This document shows, one piece after another, positions 8,133 to 16,483 of a DNA stretch of 34,865 bases; the first letter of the stretch is position 1, and every line of letters starts with the position of its first letter. The DNA comes from a virus. The notes beneath the pieces were generated by a model. That model ran no database searches. It had not been told where the DNA came from and saw nothing but the letters and a program-made list of their open reading frames with translations. The translations under genes were made by a program, and so were the position numbers. The stretch is taken from IMG/VR virus record IMGVR_UViG_3300034375_011295; one strand, given 5' to 3'.

Positions 8133-9640
8133 TAATAAACTCCGTAATATGAATTTATATTAGTATTTATTCCGTTCACATTAGCACCCTCGTAAGAAGT
8201 ATAAATAATATGTTCTTGAATATTGCCATTAAAATACCCGCTGGTTAATTCTCCGATTAAACCTATGCTATATCCATACGTAGTCCCTGCAGAAGTCGTA
8301 GCTGAACCACCAACTAGATTAAGAGTTAATGAACTATTGTTTTTATAAATGTAAATATTTAACCCACTATCATATAAAATATTATATATATTTTGGTTAG
8401 TATCTTGCGAAGTCGAACTCGTTTCGTATATCCTATAAGAACTACCATCTCCCCAATATGTGCTGTTTTTATTAGATGTATTAAATCTAAAACCACCCCA
8501 CCCTGTTAAAGCCGCACCACTACTTGCTACAGAACCTGAAACATTATATGTAACTCCTGTAGCTGATGCTTTTAATGTTTGAAAAATAGAATATCTAGCT
8601 GGCTTTGTTATTGCAGTCCCTAACCCTAAACTATCATTAGAGCCGTCGAATTGTAAAGTCGGCTTTCCGTTTTCTAATAAAACACCTGTCGAACTATCAT
8701 AAATTTTAGGTTGATTTGCAGTAGTGGATTGAGTAGCATTTCTATTGTTTCCACTTTGGTCGTACCAAGTCGTTACAAAACCATTTGTTCCACTGCAAAA
8801 ACTTGCTAATGAAGTCGTATCTAATTCATTACTAACAAATCCAATATCTTGCTCTGCATTATCACTTGCACGTCTTACTCTTATTGTTGAACCTGAATAA
8901 TTATATCTTAACTTTCTTAATGAATAAGCAACTGCACTACCTGAATAATTATCTAATAATAGTTTTTTAGGTAAACCTATTCTTCCTTTTTCATTATTTA
9001 ATATTTTTAAAGCTCCCTTTGGAATTGCTATATCGTAAGCAATTATATTATCCATTAATCCTGAATAATAGTTTAAATACGTACTTGGTTGGTATCTTAA
9101 AACCCCAATACTTACATATTTATTACTATTTATATTTCTATGAGTTCCGCTTGCTGTTCCTATTGAAGAGCCGTTTACAAACGCTTCTATATTTGAGGTC
9201 GTTCCATTACCTGAACATATACCTCCGAACGAGTTCCAATTTGTATCAACTGTCCCACCAGTAATACCGATATTAAAATCATTAGAACCAATACCAAAAT
9301 AATATTGCGATGATGCTAAGGACGTTCGAAACCAAGGAGCCGTGTTTGATGCCCCTCCGCTGTCTGAATTAAATGGTCTGTAAAAAGTGGAAGACGATGT
9401 TGGTTTTATCCAATATATAAAAGAAAAGTTAGTTTTAAAAAAATCGTCGGTTGTGTTATTAAAATTAATTCTAGTCGAAGTGCCATTAAAAGAGCCTGCA
9501 CTGTTACTTTGATTAAATTCATTTACACCGTAAGTTAATGAATTGGCAGTAACCGCAATATTATTAATAGAACTATCTGACGAACTATTGTCTAATTTAA
9601 AATATATTTTTTTTCTTTTTATATAACTACGACCTATCAC
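8132..9640 (-). CDS. Receptor-binding / fibre-like protein with a LamG (concanavalin-like lectin) type domain (502 aa)
   Basis: FSFIYWIKPTSSS and YFNGNIQEHIIY resemble LamG-fold strands. The central stretch AVAYSLRKLRYNYSGSTIRVRRASDNAEQDIGF..TTWYDQSGNNRNATQ..ANQPKI is a block I recognise from phage fibre and sugar-binding proteins. Confidence 0.5.
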   Translation of the reverse strand: MIGRSYIKRKKIYFKLDNSSSDSSINNIAVTANSLTYGVNEFNQSNSAGSFNGTSTRINFNNTTDDFFKTNFSFIYWIKPTSSSTFYRPFNSDSGGASNTAPWFRTSLASSQYYFGIGSNDFNIGITGGTVDTNWNSFGGICSGNGTTSNIEAFVNGSSIGTASGTHRNINSNKYVSIGVLRYQPSTYLNYYSGLMDNIIAYDIAIPKGALKILNNEKGRIGLPKKLLLDNYSGSAVAYSLRKLRYNYSGSTIRVRRASDNAEQDIGFVSNELDTTSLASFCSGTNGFVTTWYDQSGNNRNATQSTTANQPKIYDSSTGVLLENGKPTLQFDGSNDSLGLGTAITKPARYSIFQTLKASATGVTYNVSGSVASSGAALTGWGGFRFNTSNKNSTYWGDGSSYRIYETSSTSQDTNQNIYNILYDSGLNIYIYKNNSSLTLNLVGGSATTSAGTTYGYSIGLIGELTSGYFNGNIQEHIIYTSYEGANVNGINTNINSYYGVY

Positions 9641-10698
9641 GACACTACACTTCCAGCTATATTAATATTACCTGTATCATCTTTAAATATTTCCAATACT
9701 AAACGTTCAGATGTAGTAACTGGAATTGCACCTCCAAAGTTATCCATTGAAGTTAATCCGTTTGTTACTGTTCTTGTTGCACCACTTGGAATAAATACTA
9801 ATAAATGTCTAATTCCTGTTTGTAAATCTGTTGGATCTACTGCTGTTAAATTAAAATCAGCATCGCCTGCAACTTCTACATAATAATTAACAGATAAATC
9901 AATACTATTAGCTAAAGAAGTTGAAGCTGTTGCAGTCGTCCACGTAGCACCACCACTGCTTTCATTTTGCCAACTAATTGTTGTTCCGTTGCTCTTTAAT
10001 ACTTGTCCATTTGTTCCAACTGCTAAACGTGTTGTACCACCTGCAGAACGATAAATAATATCTCCCTCCGTAGTCATTGGATCTGCAAACCCACTTGATG
10101 CATTTTCCCAATTAACTGTAGTTGCAGTTGCTGTTAAAACTTGTCCATCAGTTCCACGTGCTAATCTTACCCAATCAGTTCCATTAAAATATAATACATC
10201 ACCCTCTGAAACTCCAGCAATATTATTTAAAGCAGTTATTACATTTGCATTATCTGTTACATCAGCTCCATCTTCTACATTTAAAATAGTCCTTGCTTGA
10301 CTTGCTGAAACTTGTTGAACTGCACCAGACCCACCTGCGTGCCTTCCTAAAAAATGGTTTGTAGCAATATCTTCGATTTTACCAAGTGTTACATTACTAT
10401 TTAATATTTTAGCAGTTGTTACTGAAGTATCAGCTAATTTTCCAGTAGTTACATTCAAATCAACAAGTTTTGCAGTAGTTACAGAATTATCAGCCAAGCC
10501 CAAAGTAACGAAATTTCCACCATCAACATAGTCGAAAGTGGAATCTACTCTCAAAGCTCCAGTCGAGCCAGTTGCACCAAGATAATCAGCAGTTGCAAGG
10601 ACATCAACTTTAACTTTTCCATCTGAAACACCTCCACCACCACCTGAATTTGTCAATCCATTTTGGGTAAAGACATTAATTATACTACAACCATTCAT
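9637..10698 (-). CDS. Fibre / spike protein with 11-residue VTTxKLxD repeats (353 aa)
   Basis: Four tandem 11-aa repeats: NSVTTAKLVDL, NVTTGKLADTS, VTTAKILNSN, VTLGKIED (nt ~10369-10494). A duplicated block GT(D/N)GQVL..(T)T(V/I)(N/S)W(E/Q)N(A/E)SSG. Gly run GGGGGV near the N-terminus. Confidence 0.6.
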   Translation of the reverse strand: MNGCSIINVFTQNGLTNSGGGGGVSDGKVKVDVLATADYLGATGSTGALRVDSTFDYVDGGNFVTLGLADNSVTTAKLVDLNVTTGKLADTSVTTAKILNSNVTLGKIEDIATNHFLGRHAGGSGAVQQVSASQARTILNVEDGADVTDNANVITALNNIAGVSEGDVLYFNGTDWVRLARGTDGQVLTATATTVNWENASSGFADPMTTEGDIIYRSAGGTTRLAVGTNGQVLKSNGTTISWQNESSGGATWTTATASTSLANSIDLSVNYYVEVAGDADFNLTAVDPTDLQTGIRHLLVFIPSGATRTVTNGLTSMDNFGGAIPVTTSERLVLEIFKDDTGNINIAGSVVS

Positions 10699-11278
10699 AA
10701 CCGACTAAACCTCTTATTTTTAATATTCTTGAAAGTGGATGATTAATATTCCTCTTTCTTATAAAAATTCCATTGCCCTCTCTTTGCGATCCACTCAATC
10801 CATTGTTTGTGTTTCCAGCATAAGTCATCACATAACCACCACCTAAAACTTCTTTCACTCTTTCAATATGACCTGACCAGCTTTTTGCAGATTTCCAAAC
10901 AATTAAATCGTGTTTTTTAACTTCGTATGGAACTTTCTTATTCAATTTTTTAGCATAATTAAACATTGCTTGACTTGATCCAGACTTAACCATTGGATTT
11001 TTTACTTTTGTACAAGCAGTTTTATTGATTTCTTGAGTAGCCATCTCATAAGCCCAATATTGATAGTAATAACAATATGGATAGCCCTTTAAACCTCCTC
11101 CAGTTTTAATAATATTTTCGATAATGACACCATCGTTATTGCCAGTGGCTTCGATAGTGCCGATTACCGAAAGACAATAACGTTCAGAAGCAGAGAGGAG
11201 TTGCTCCGAACTTGTCATTACCATAAATTTCTCTTGAGAGAAAGAAAATAAAGTCAATATGTAAATAAGTAAAATCAT
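10685..11278 (-). CDS. Secreted NlpC/P60-CHAP-like peptidoglycan peptidase (197 aa)
   Basis: Signal-like N-terminus MILLIYILTLFSFS. Cys in GYPYCYYYQYW, His in SWSGHIERV, then TYAGNTNNG. Confidence 0.55.
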   Translation of the reverse strand: MILLIYILTLFSFSQEKFMVMTSSEQLLSASERYCLSVIGTIEATGNNDGVIIENIIKTGGGLKGYPYCYYYQYWAYEMATQEINKTACTKVKNPMVKSGSSQAMFNYAKKLNKKVPYEVKKHDLIVWKSAKSWSGHIERVKEVLGGGYVMTYAGNTNNGLSGSQREGNGIFIRKRNINHPLSRILKIRGLVGYEWL

Positions 11279-11598
11279 ACTAAAATTACATAAACTCCTA
11301 AAATAATTGCTCCAATGATCATTGCAATTGACTTCGCAATATCCCCTAAAAATTGAGTTTGTCCTAATCTTTCCATAACTGAAAATTCATCATCAGATCC
11401 AGCAAAAATTCTTCTTATTGCTTTATTTTCAGCAAAGAATTTTATTGATTCAATAGTCAATCTATACCATACAACAAATAAAAGTACAATCAAACTAATG
11501 ATTGTCAGTATTTTAGTGTCTGGTGCTAAAAATTGTATTGTTAGAGTTCCTAACAACAAAACAATCCATTGCCAATATTTTTTGATGTAGTTGATCAT
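11275..11598 (-). CDS. Three-TM small membrane protein, holin-like candidate (107 aa)
   Basis: Three hydrophobic helices (WQWIVLLLGTLTIQFLA, ILTIISLIVLLFVVWY, IAMIIGAIILGVYVILV). Lies directly upstream of, and overlaps, the peptidase gene. Confidence 0.5.
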   Translation of the reverse strand: MINYIKKYWQWIVLLLGTLTIQFLAPDTKILTIISLIVLLFVVWYRLTIESIKFFAENKAIRRIFAGSDDEFSVMERLGQTQFLGDIAKSIAMIIGAIILGVYVILV

Positions 11599-11599
11599 T

Positions 11600-12124
11600 T
11601 TATACCCCAGTATTCCACTTTTGTTTTTTTATTGTTACTTTGTCAATTTCAGATCGTGAGAGAAAGTCTTTTTTTATTTCCTCTGCATATTTTTTTGTTG
11701 GTGTTAAATGATAATACCATACTTTTCCTTTACTATATGCTTTGACTAAATATTCCCATTTGCCATCTCCATATTTTTTATATTCTCCACCACTCAATCC
11801 AGATTGAGATTTGCTTAAAATACTCCATCCAGTTCGTGCCATTTCTGGAATTGATTTTTTCGCATAGTCTTTCTTCTTATCAGCTGGAAGATTGTCATAA
11901 ACTTGTAAAATCATATTTGCAGTTTGCACATCTACGATTTTTCCACTTATTCTTTTATATTGATGCTCTTTTACAATTTCTCTTAATTTCTTTATTTTAG
12001 CTGGATCTTTAGTGCTATCACTCAATCCAGTAGTTTTTTTTACTTTTGATTGAGCTTTTTTGCTGGTGGCAAGATAAACTGCTCCACCGATAGCACCAAG
12101 TCCTAATAATGTTTTTGAGTTCAT
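11600..12124 (-). CDS. Leader-bearing protein 3 (174 aa): shared TM leader plus an unknown domain
   Basis: N-terminus MNSKTLLGLGAIGGAVYLATSKKAQSKVKKTTGLS. A second GLS lies at SQSGLSGG between two halves. Confidence 0.8.
   Translation of the reverse strand: MNSKTLLGLGAIGGAVYLATSKKAQSKVKKTTGLSDSTKDPAKIKKLREIVKEHQYKRISGKIVDVQTANMILQVYDNLPADKKKDYAKKSIPEMARTGWSILSKSQSGLSGGEYKKYGDGKWEYLVKAYSKGKVWYYHLTPTKKYAEEIKKDFLSRSEIDKVTIKKQKWNTGV
12020..12124 (-). repeat. Leader cassette copy 3 (codons 1-35)
   Basis: See 1772-1876. The peptide is conserved, mainly with synonymous substitutions. Confidence 0.85.
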
Positions 12125-12143
12125 TTTAAAAATCCATTCTTAT

Positions 12144-12410
12144 TTACAAACTATCAATGATTATTTTTGATTTAGAATACATATAATAACCATTATTTTC
12201 TTTGTATTCTTTTGCAGTTACCAACTTTTTGCTTTTTAAAAAATCATAAACTTCGGAATATTCCCCTTTACTCATACTAGTATTCCATTTTGTAGTGCCT
12301 AATCTTTTAATTTCCCCATTTCTTATGGCATAAACACTTGCAACAACGTTAAAACCACCGTATTTTCTTTTAGTTTTTTTATCTATTTTATAATAATATC
12401 TTTTTTTCAT
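12144..12410 (-). CDS. Hypothetical basic protein (88 aa)
   Basis: ORF in the operon. No motif recognised. Confidence 0.65.
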   Translation of the reverse strand: MKKRYYYKIDKKTKRKYGGFNVVASVYAIRNGEIKRLGTTKWNTSMSKGEYSEVYDFLKSKKLVTAKEYKENNGYYMYSKSKIIIDSL

Positions 12411-12718
12411 TTTAAAAATCCTTGTTTATTCAAATAATTTTCAATGTAAGTAAGTCCTATTGATCTTAAAGTTTTATTTACCTTGCTAAAGTCTAATTTT
12501 GAAATTAAATTAGCAAGTGGCTGGAACTTTGCATTAATATTAAAATCCATATATACTGGAGTCGTAGTCCTAATTGGAACATAATTAACTGCAATATTTT
12601 TTAAATCTTTCACTTTTGCCAGAACATCATCTTTTGTTCCTGCGAATTGTAATCTTTTTCCAAGATTAATCAATTCTTTCGGTGTGTCTTTTGCTATTTT
12701 AACCATTTGGAACTCCAT
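12407..12718 (-). CDS. Hypothetical protein (103 aa; may start at the internal Met5)
   Basis: ORF overlaps both neighbours by a few nt, consistent with translational coupling. Confidence 0.65.
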   Translation of the reverse strand: MEFQMVKIAKDTPKELINLGKRLQFAGTKDDVLAKVKDLKNIAVNYVPIRTTTPVYMDFNINAKFQPLANLISKLDFSKVNKTLRSIGLTYIENYLNKQGFLK

Positions 12719-13505
12719 CTAAATCTGAATCTGGAATTGTTTGATTTGGAGCTTGTTGTGCTTGCACCATTTGAGGAGCAGGGGATTGACCAGCATTTTT
12801 GAAACTCGCCCAAATTGACGGAAGTTGTGGCAGTACTTGAGCCACCAAACTAAACATTGCTTGTTGTTGTTGTGGAATTACCTCATCAGACAAGCCCTTA
12901 TTTTCTTTTTCAAGTTCTTTCACTCTTTGTGATAAAGAATTGATCTTTTCATTTAGATTTTCTTTTTCCCAATTCCATCTTTTTTCAGATTCTTCTCTGG
13001 AAACTCTATTTAAAATATTGTCTGAAAGTCCAGATTCACTTTCTTTTTTTAACCTTGCTATTTCATCATTAAGTCTTCTTATTTCATCATTTGCTGAATG
13101 TAATTGATTTTCTAATACTTCTATTACTTTATTATTTTGAGCTTCCATTTCTCTTTTCATTGCACGATCTGAATAAAAATTTTGTGCTGGATTTGGAGCA
13201 AAAAAATCATAATTTGGATTGTCTGCCAAACTATCAACACTATCTTCATTTCTTGCTGGTACAGTCATTTCAGTTACATAAACATCCACACCGTCTTCGA
13301 TTTTGCACAAATGAAGTAAAGTTCCTTGTTTAAAATTGTGATCTCCATTCATTACCCAATCTTCAAAAGTACCATCACATTGCGAAATTAATATTTCAGA
13401 TGGAAGTGAAGTTGGACGACCTTTCCAGACTATTGCATCATTCTGGCTTTCTTTTGGATCAACTTTTCCAATTTTGTAATTTTTATTTTTTTCAAATTTT
13501 GTCAT
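12699..13505 (-). CDS. Coiled-coil, scaffold-like protein (268 aa)
   Basis: Central heptad-rich region (EIRRLNDEIARLKKE ... INSLSQRVKELEKENK). Gln/Pro-rich tail. Two GLSD sites. Strong TTTAAAGAGAGGAA leader. Lies next to the capsid candidates. Confidence 0.45.
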   Translation of the reverse strand: MTKFEKNKNYKIGKVDPKESQNDAIVWKGRPTSLPSEILISQCDGTFEDWVMNGDHNFKQGTLLHLCKIEDGVDVYVTEMTVPARNEDSVDSLADNPNYDFFAPNPAQNFYSDRAMKREMEAQNNKVIEVLENQLHSANDEIRRLNDEIARLKKESESGLSDNILNRVSREESEKRWNWEKENLNEKINSLSQRVKELEKENKGLSDEVIPQQQQAMFSLVAQVLPQLPSIWASFKNAGQSPAPQMVQAQQAPNQTIPDSDLDGVPNG

Positions 13506-13529
13506 AATAATTTTTCCTCTCTTTAAATT

Positions 13530-14171
13530 TTAAACCCAAAATTCAACTATTGCTTGAACTGGATAATTTTGATATGTACTTTCTTCTGAAACGTATTGAG
13601 CAAATGCAGTTGAAATTTCAATATTGCTTACTCTTTCTACTTCTTTTCCTACATTTATGCAAGTATTCATTGGAATACCAAGTGATTTAAAACCTTTATT
13701 GCTTTCAGATCCAGCAGGACCATTGATAAACCCTTGATTGATTAATTCTCCATCAATTGTAATCGCAGGACGGAAAAAATTTGGCTGGAAAACCACTGGC
13801 ATAGCACCATTCAAGTAATTTGATTGTGGATATGACCTTGTTACAGTCGTTCCATCAATTAATTGAGATCCTATAATTACATCAGCAGTTGCAGATAAAC
13901 CAGCAATCGTTGGATCAAAAGCAAAAAAGCTAACTTGATGCACAAATAAGCAGTTTTTAGATTTCAATGGAGTTAGATCTGAAAAAGGAGTTAAACTTCT
14001 TACTTCTGGGCTTGTTGTGGCATCTGCCATAGCTTGTAAGTAAGCAATTAAGCCATTATCAGCATCTGTAATTGTTACTCCAGATTTTGATGTTAAATAA
14101 GTGGCATAAAAAGTATTTGGGTACTTTTCACGCATTCCACTTAAATAAATTGGCGTATTATTATCGAACAT
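13530..14171 (-). CDS. Beta-rich structural protein, capsid candidate (213 aa)
   Basis: Position in the structural core. No helices or TM evident, and the composition is typical of beta-sandwich proteins. The function is inferred from context. Confidence 0.4.
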   Translation of the reverse strand: MFDNNTPIYLSGMREKYPNTFYATYLTSKSGVTITDADNGLIAYLQAMADATTSPEVRSLTPFSDLTPLKSKNCLFVHQVSFFAFDPTIAGLSATADVIIGSQLIDGTTVTRSYPQSNYLNGAMPVVFQPNFFRPAITIDGELINQGFINGPAGSESNKGFKSLGIPMNTCINVGKEVERVSNIEISTAFAQYVSEESTYQNYPVQAIVEFWV

Positions 14172-15276
14172 TTGGAGCTACTCCCATTTGATAACCATCA
14201 AATTTGAAGTTAAATGTCAATGGATAAACATTCAAGGAAGTTGATAAAATACCATCAGCAGTTGCAGATCCTTGAATTGCTCCAGTAATTGTTTCATTGT
14301 CTTGAAAAGTTCCAGTTACTGACTTTAAAATAAAATATCCAGTTGCACCAGTACCTACTTTTTCAACTATTACACCAGTTGCCGATGAAGTTCCACCAGT
14401 AATTGTGTCGCCAACTACAAAATCGGCAGTCATAGCGTCAAAAGCTAATCTTTGAGCAGAATAATTTGTGTTTGAAGTTCCCAGTACATCAATTGTATAA
14501 TCAGTATTGGCATCTAAATAAAGTCTTCTAAATCTTTTGGATCTTGTAATTTTATTGAATACTCGCAAAGGCATATTATTAAACATAATTTGATTTTGAT
14601 TGTATTTAAAATTAATTACAAATTCATCTTGTATATCTTTTTCTGTGATTACTTTACCATTTGCATCAATAACATCAACTCTCATTGTGTCAATTATTTG
14701 ACCTTGCAAAGTAGTTCTAATTGTGTTTTGATCAGCAGTTGAATTGCCAGACTTTGCAGAAATAGAATATTGTCTTATTTGACCATATCTAAAATCTAAT
14801 TTTTGTCTTTGTGCGTTCCAACCTGCGTTTGCTGGAAATCCTAATTGATAGCCAACAAAGTTAAAAGAAACTGAATAAGGCATATCTACATTTGTTGAAG
14901 CTGGAATATTCAATCCAGTAAAGGTAATTTCATAAGTGGAATTTCCCTCAACTAAAAAGCCCTGAAATTGCTCTGACAAATACATTTCATTGAAACTTTC
15001 TAAAGTGAAATTATAATCTCCGAAAAGATTATTTCCATTTAATACTTTAATATTCATTTTGATTAAATTTCTATCAATTTCAGATTCGTCGATTGCTTGA
15101 CCATTTGCATTTGTTAGGGCAACATAAGGCATTATGCACCATAGGTCCATATTGTCTGTTTTGAAAGTTAAGGAAGTAGTAGTATTTCCAGATGAGATTG
15201 TACCAGTCTTATTGTAGTGGTACATTTGCATATTATTAAGGTTTTTAATAATATCATTTATATTTTCTAATTTCAT
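14161..15276 (-). CDS. Structural protein built from a tandem duplication of a ~150-aa beta domain (371 aa); capsid or vertex candidate
   Basis: The halves align by eye: TNANGQAIDESEIDRN with IDANGKVITEKDIQDE, FQGFLVEGNSTYEITFTGLN with FRRLYLDANTDYTIDVLGTS, and MPYSVSFNFVGYQLG with VYPLTFNFKFDGYQMG. The second half carries a ~60-aa insert, GDTITGGTSSATGVIVEKVGTGATGYFILKSVTGTF. Confidence 0.45.
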   Translation of the reverse strand: MKLENINDIIKNLNNMQMYHYNKTGTISSGNTTTSLTFKTDNMDLWCIMPYVALTNANGQAIDESEIDRNLIKMNIKVLNGNNLFGDYNFTLESFNEMYLSEQFQGFLVEGNSTYEITFTGLNIPASTNVDMPYSVSFNFVGYQLGFPANAGWNAQRQKLDFRYGQIRQYSISAKSGNSTADQNTIRTTLQGQIIDTMRVDVIDANGKVITEKDIQDEFVINFKYNQNQIMFNNMPLRVFNKITRSKRFRRLYLDANTDYTIDVLGTSNTNYSAQRLAFDAMTADFVVGDTITGGTSSATGVIVEKVGTGATGYFILKSVTGTFQDNETITGAIQGSATADGILSTSLNVYPLTFNFKFDGYQMGVAPNVR

Positions 15277-15315
15277 TTTAAATATCCTATTTCAGATTTT
15301 TTTACAATTTTTTAT

Positions 15316-15696
15316 TTATTTAATTTTTACAAAGCCCTTATGCCATCTTACCGATTTTTTACCAGACATTGTTTTTTGTCCTGCATCTAACTTTACATAG
15401 GGGATGCCATTTCTTTCTACAATTGTTCCAGTATATTGAGTAACATTAAAAAATGGGCTTACAAAGTCATACATTACCTTATCTGAAATTTTTAATTTTG
15501 CTTTTTTTAGTTCCGTCTTTGCTTTTTTTACAAAATTAGCTCGTTCAACTTCATACATTTTTCGAATTAATGGATATGCCGATTTGTATTCATCAGATGC
15601 ATAAAATTCATTTAAAGATTTAAAGTTTTTTGCTTTTAACTCAACCCAATCTAATGCTTCGGAATAATCTGCAAAATTTAATTTCAATTTGCTCAT
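15316..15696 (-). CDS. Hypothetical protein (126 aa)
   Basis: ORF downstream of the hairpin at 15759-15790. No motif recognised. Confidence 0.7.
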   Translation of the reverse strand: MSKLKLNFADYSEALDWVELKAKNFKSLNEFYASDEYKSAYPLIRKMYEVERANFVKKAKTELKKAKLKISDKVMYDFVSPFFNVTQYTGTIVERNGIPYVKLDAGQKTMSGKKSVRWHKGFVKIK

Positions 15697-15739
15697 AATA
15701 TTTTTTTAATATAATAGTGTTACTATTAGTTTGTTAGTT

Positions 15740-15790
15740 GCAAACAAAAGGGGTAGGAGAGAGGAATCAGAGTTGCAGTCTGACCCTCTC
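15740..15790 (-). terminator. Stem-loop / partial terminator after the 216-aa gene
   Basis: Plus-strand gagagg(aa)tcaga at 15759-15771, loop gttgcag, then tctga(c)cctctc at 15779-15790. On the minus strand it is followed by cttttgttt. One of the few GC-rich hairpins in the arm. Confidence 0.55.
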
Positions 15791-15804
15791 GAATACCCTA
15801 TTTT

Positions 15805-16455
15805 TTATCTTCTTTCTCTAATTTGAAGTGTTTTCAAATCAAAGATAACTCCATAACCTTTTGAAGACGATAGACCAGAATTTGGCCAAGTCATAAAGTT
15901 AGTAGTTCCAACTGCTTCTGTTGTAAATGTACCATTAACATTGAATTGGAATTGGAATGTAGTTCCAGCACCTAAAACAATTGGCTCTGGTAATTTATAA
16001 CCTTGATCAGCGTTTCTTCTTTCCACTTTAGTCCAAGCTGCTGCTTCGTCTGTTGCAGATGCTTCTACCACAGAATAAAAAGGTACTAAATTTGAAAGTG
16101 GCTCATTTAAGATTTCAGATCCTTCAACTTGTAATCTTACATAAGCATTTTCCAAGAAAGAAGCATAAGTTTGTCTTGCAGATGCTTCATCAGTTGAATC
16201 AGTAGTCGAGAATAACACATAAGGTTTAATGTTAATTCCTTGAATACTAAACGCTTGTGAGTTTGACGGAAATCCGGGTGTTTTATAAGCATCATTTTTA
16301 CTTGCAGAAGTAAATAATTGATTGCTTGGCTCAAAAGAAGCTCCACCATCCACAAAAATTGTATCTCTTACCGTCTTCGGTACTACGACATAGTTGTCGT
16401 CCATTTTTGGCGCTCCAACTGCTTGAAGTTGAAGTCTTTGTTGATCTATTGACAT
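15805..16455 (-). CDS. Major structural (capsid) protein candidate (216 aa)
   Basis: Beta-rich protein. The gene is followed by the strongest hairpin in the arm, a common signature of highly expressed capsid genes. Contains NSGLSSS. Function is inferred. Confidence 0.4.
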   Translation of the reverse strand: MSIDQQRLQLQAVGAPKMDDNYVVVPKTVRDTIFVDGGASFEPSNQLFTSASKNDAYKTPGFPSNSQAFSIQGINIKPYVLFSTTDSTDEASARQTYASFLENAYVRLQVEGSEILNEPLSNLVPFYSVVEASATDEAAAWTKVERRNADQGYKLPEPIVLGAGTTFQFQFNVNGTFTTEAVGTTNFMTWPNSGLSSSKGYGVIFDLKTLQIRERR

Positions 16456-16483
16456 CGCTATAAATCCTTAATATTGAAAAAAA

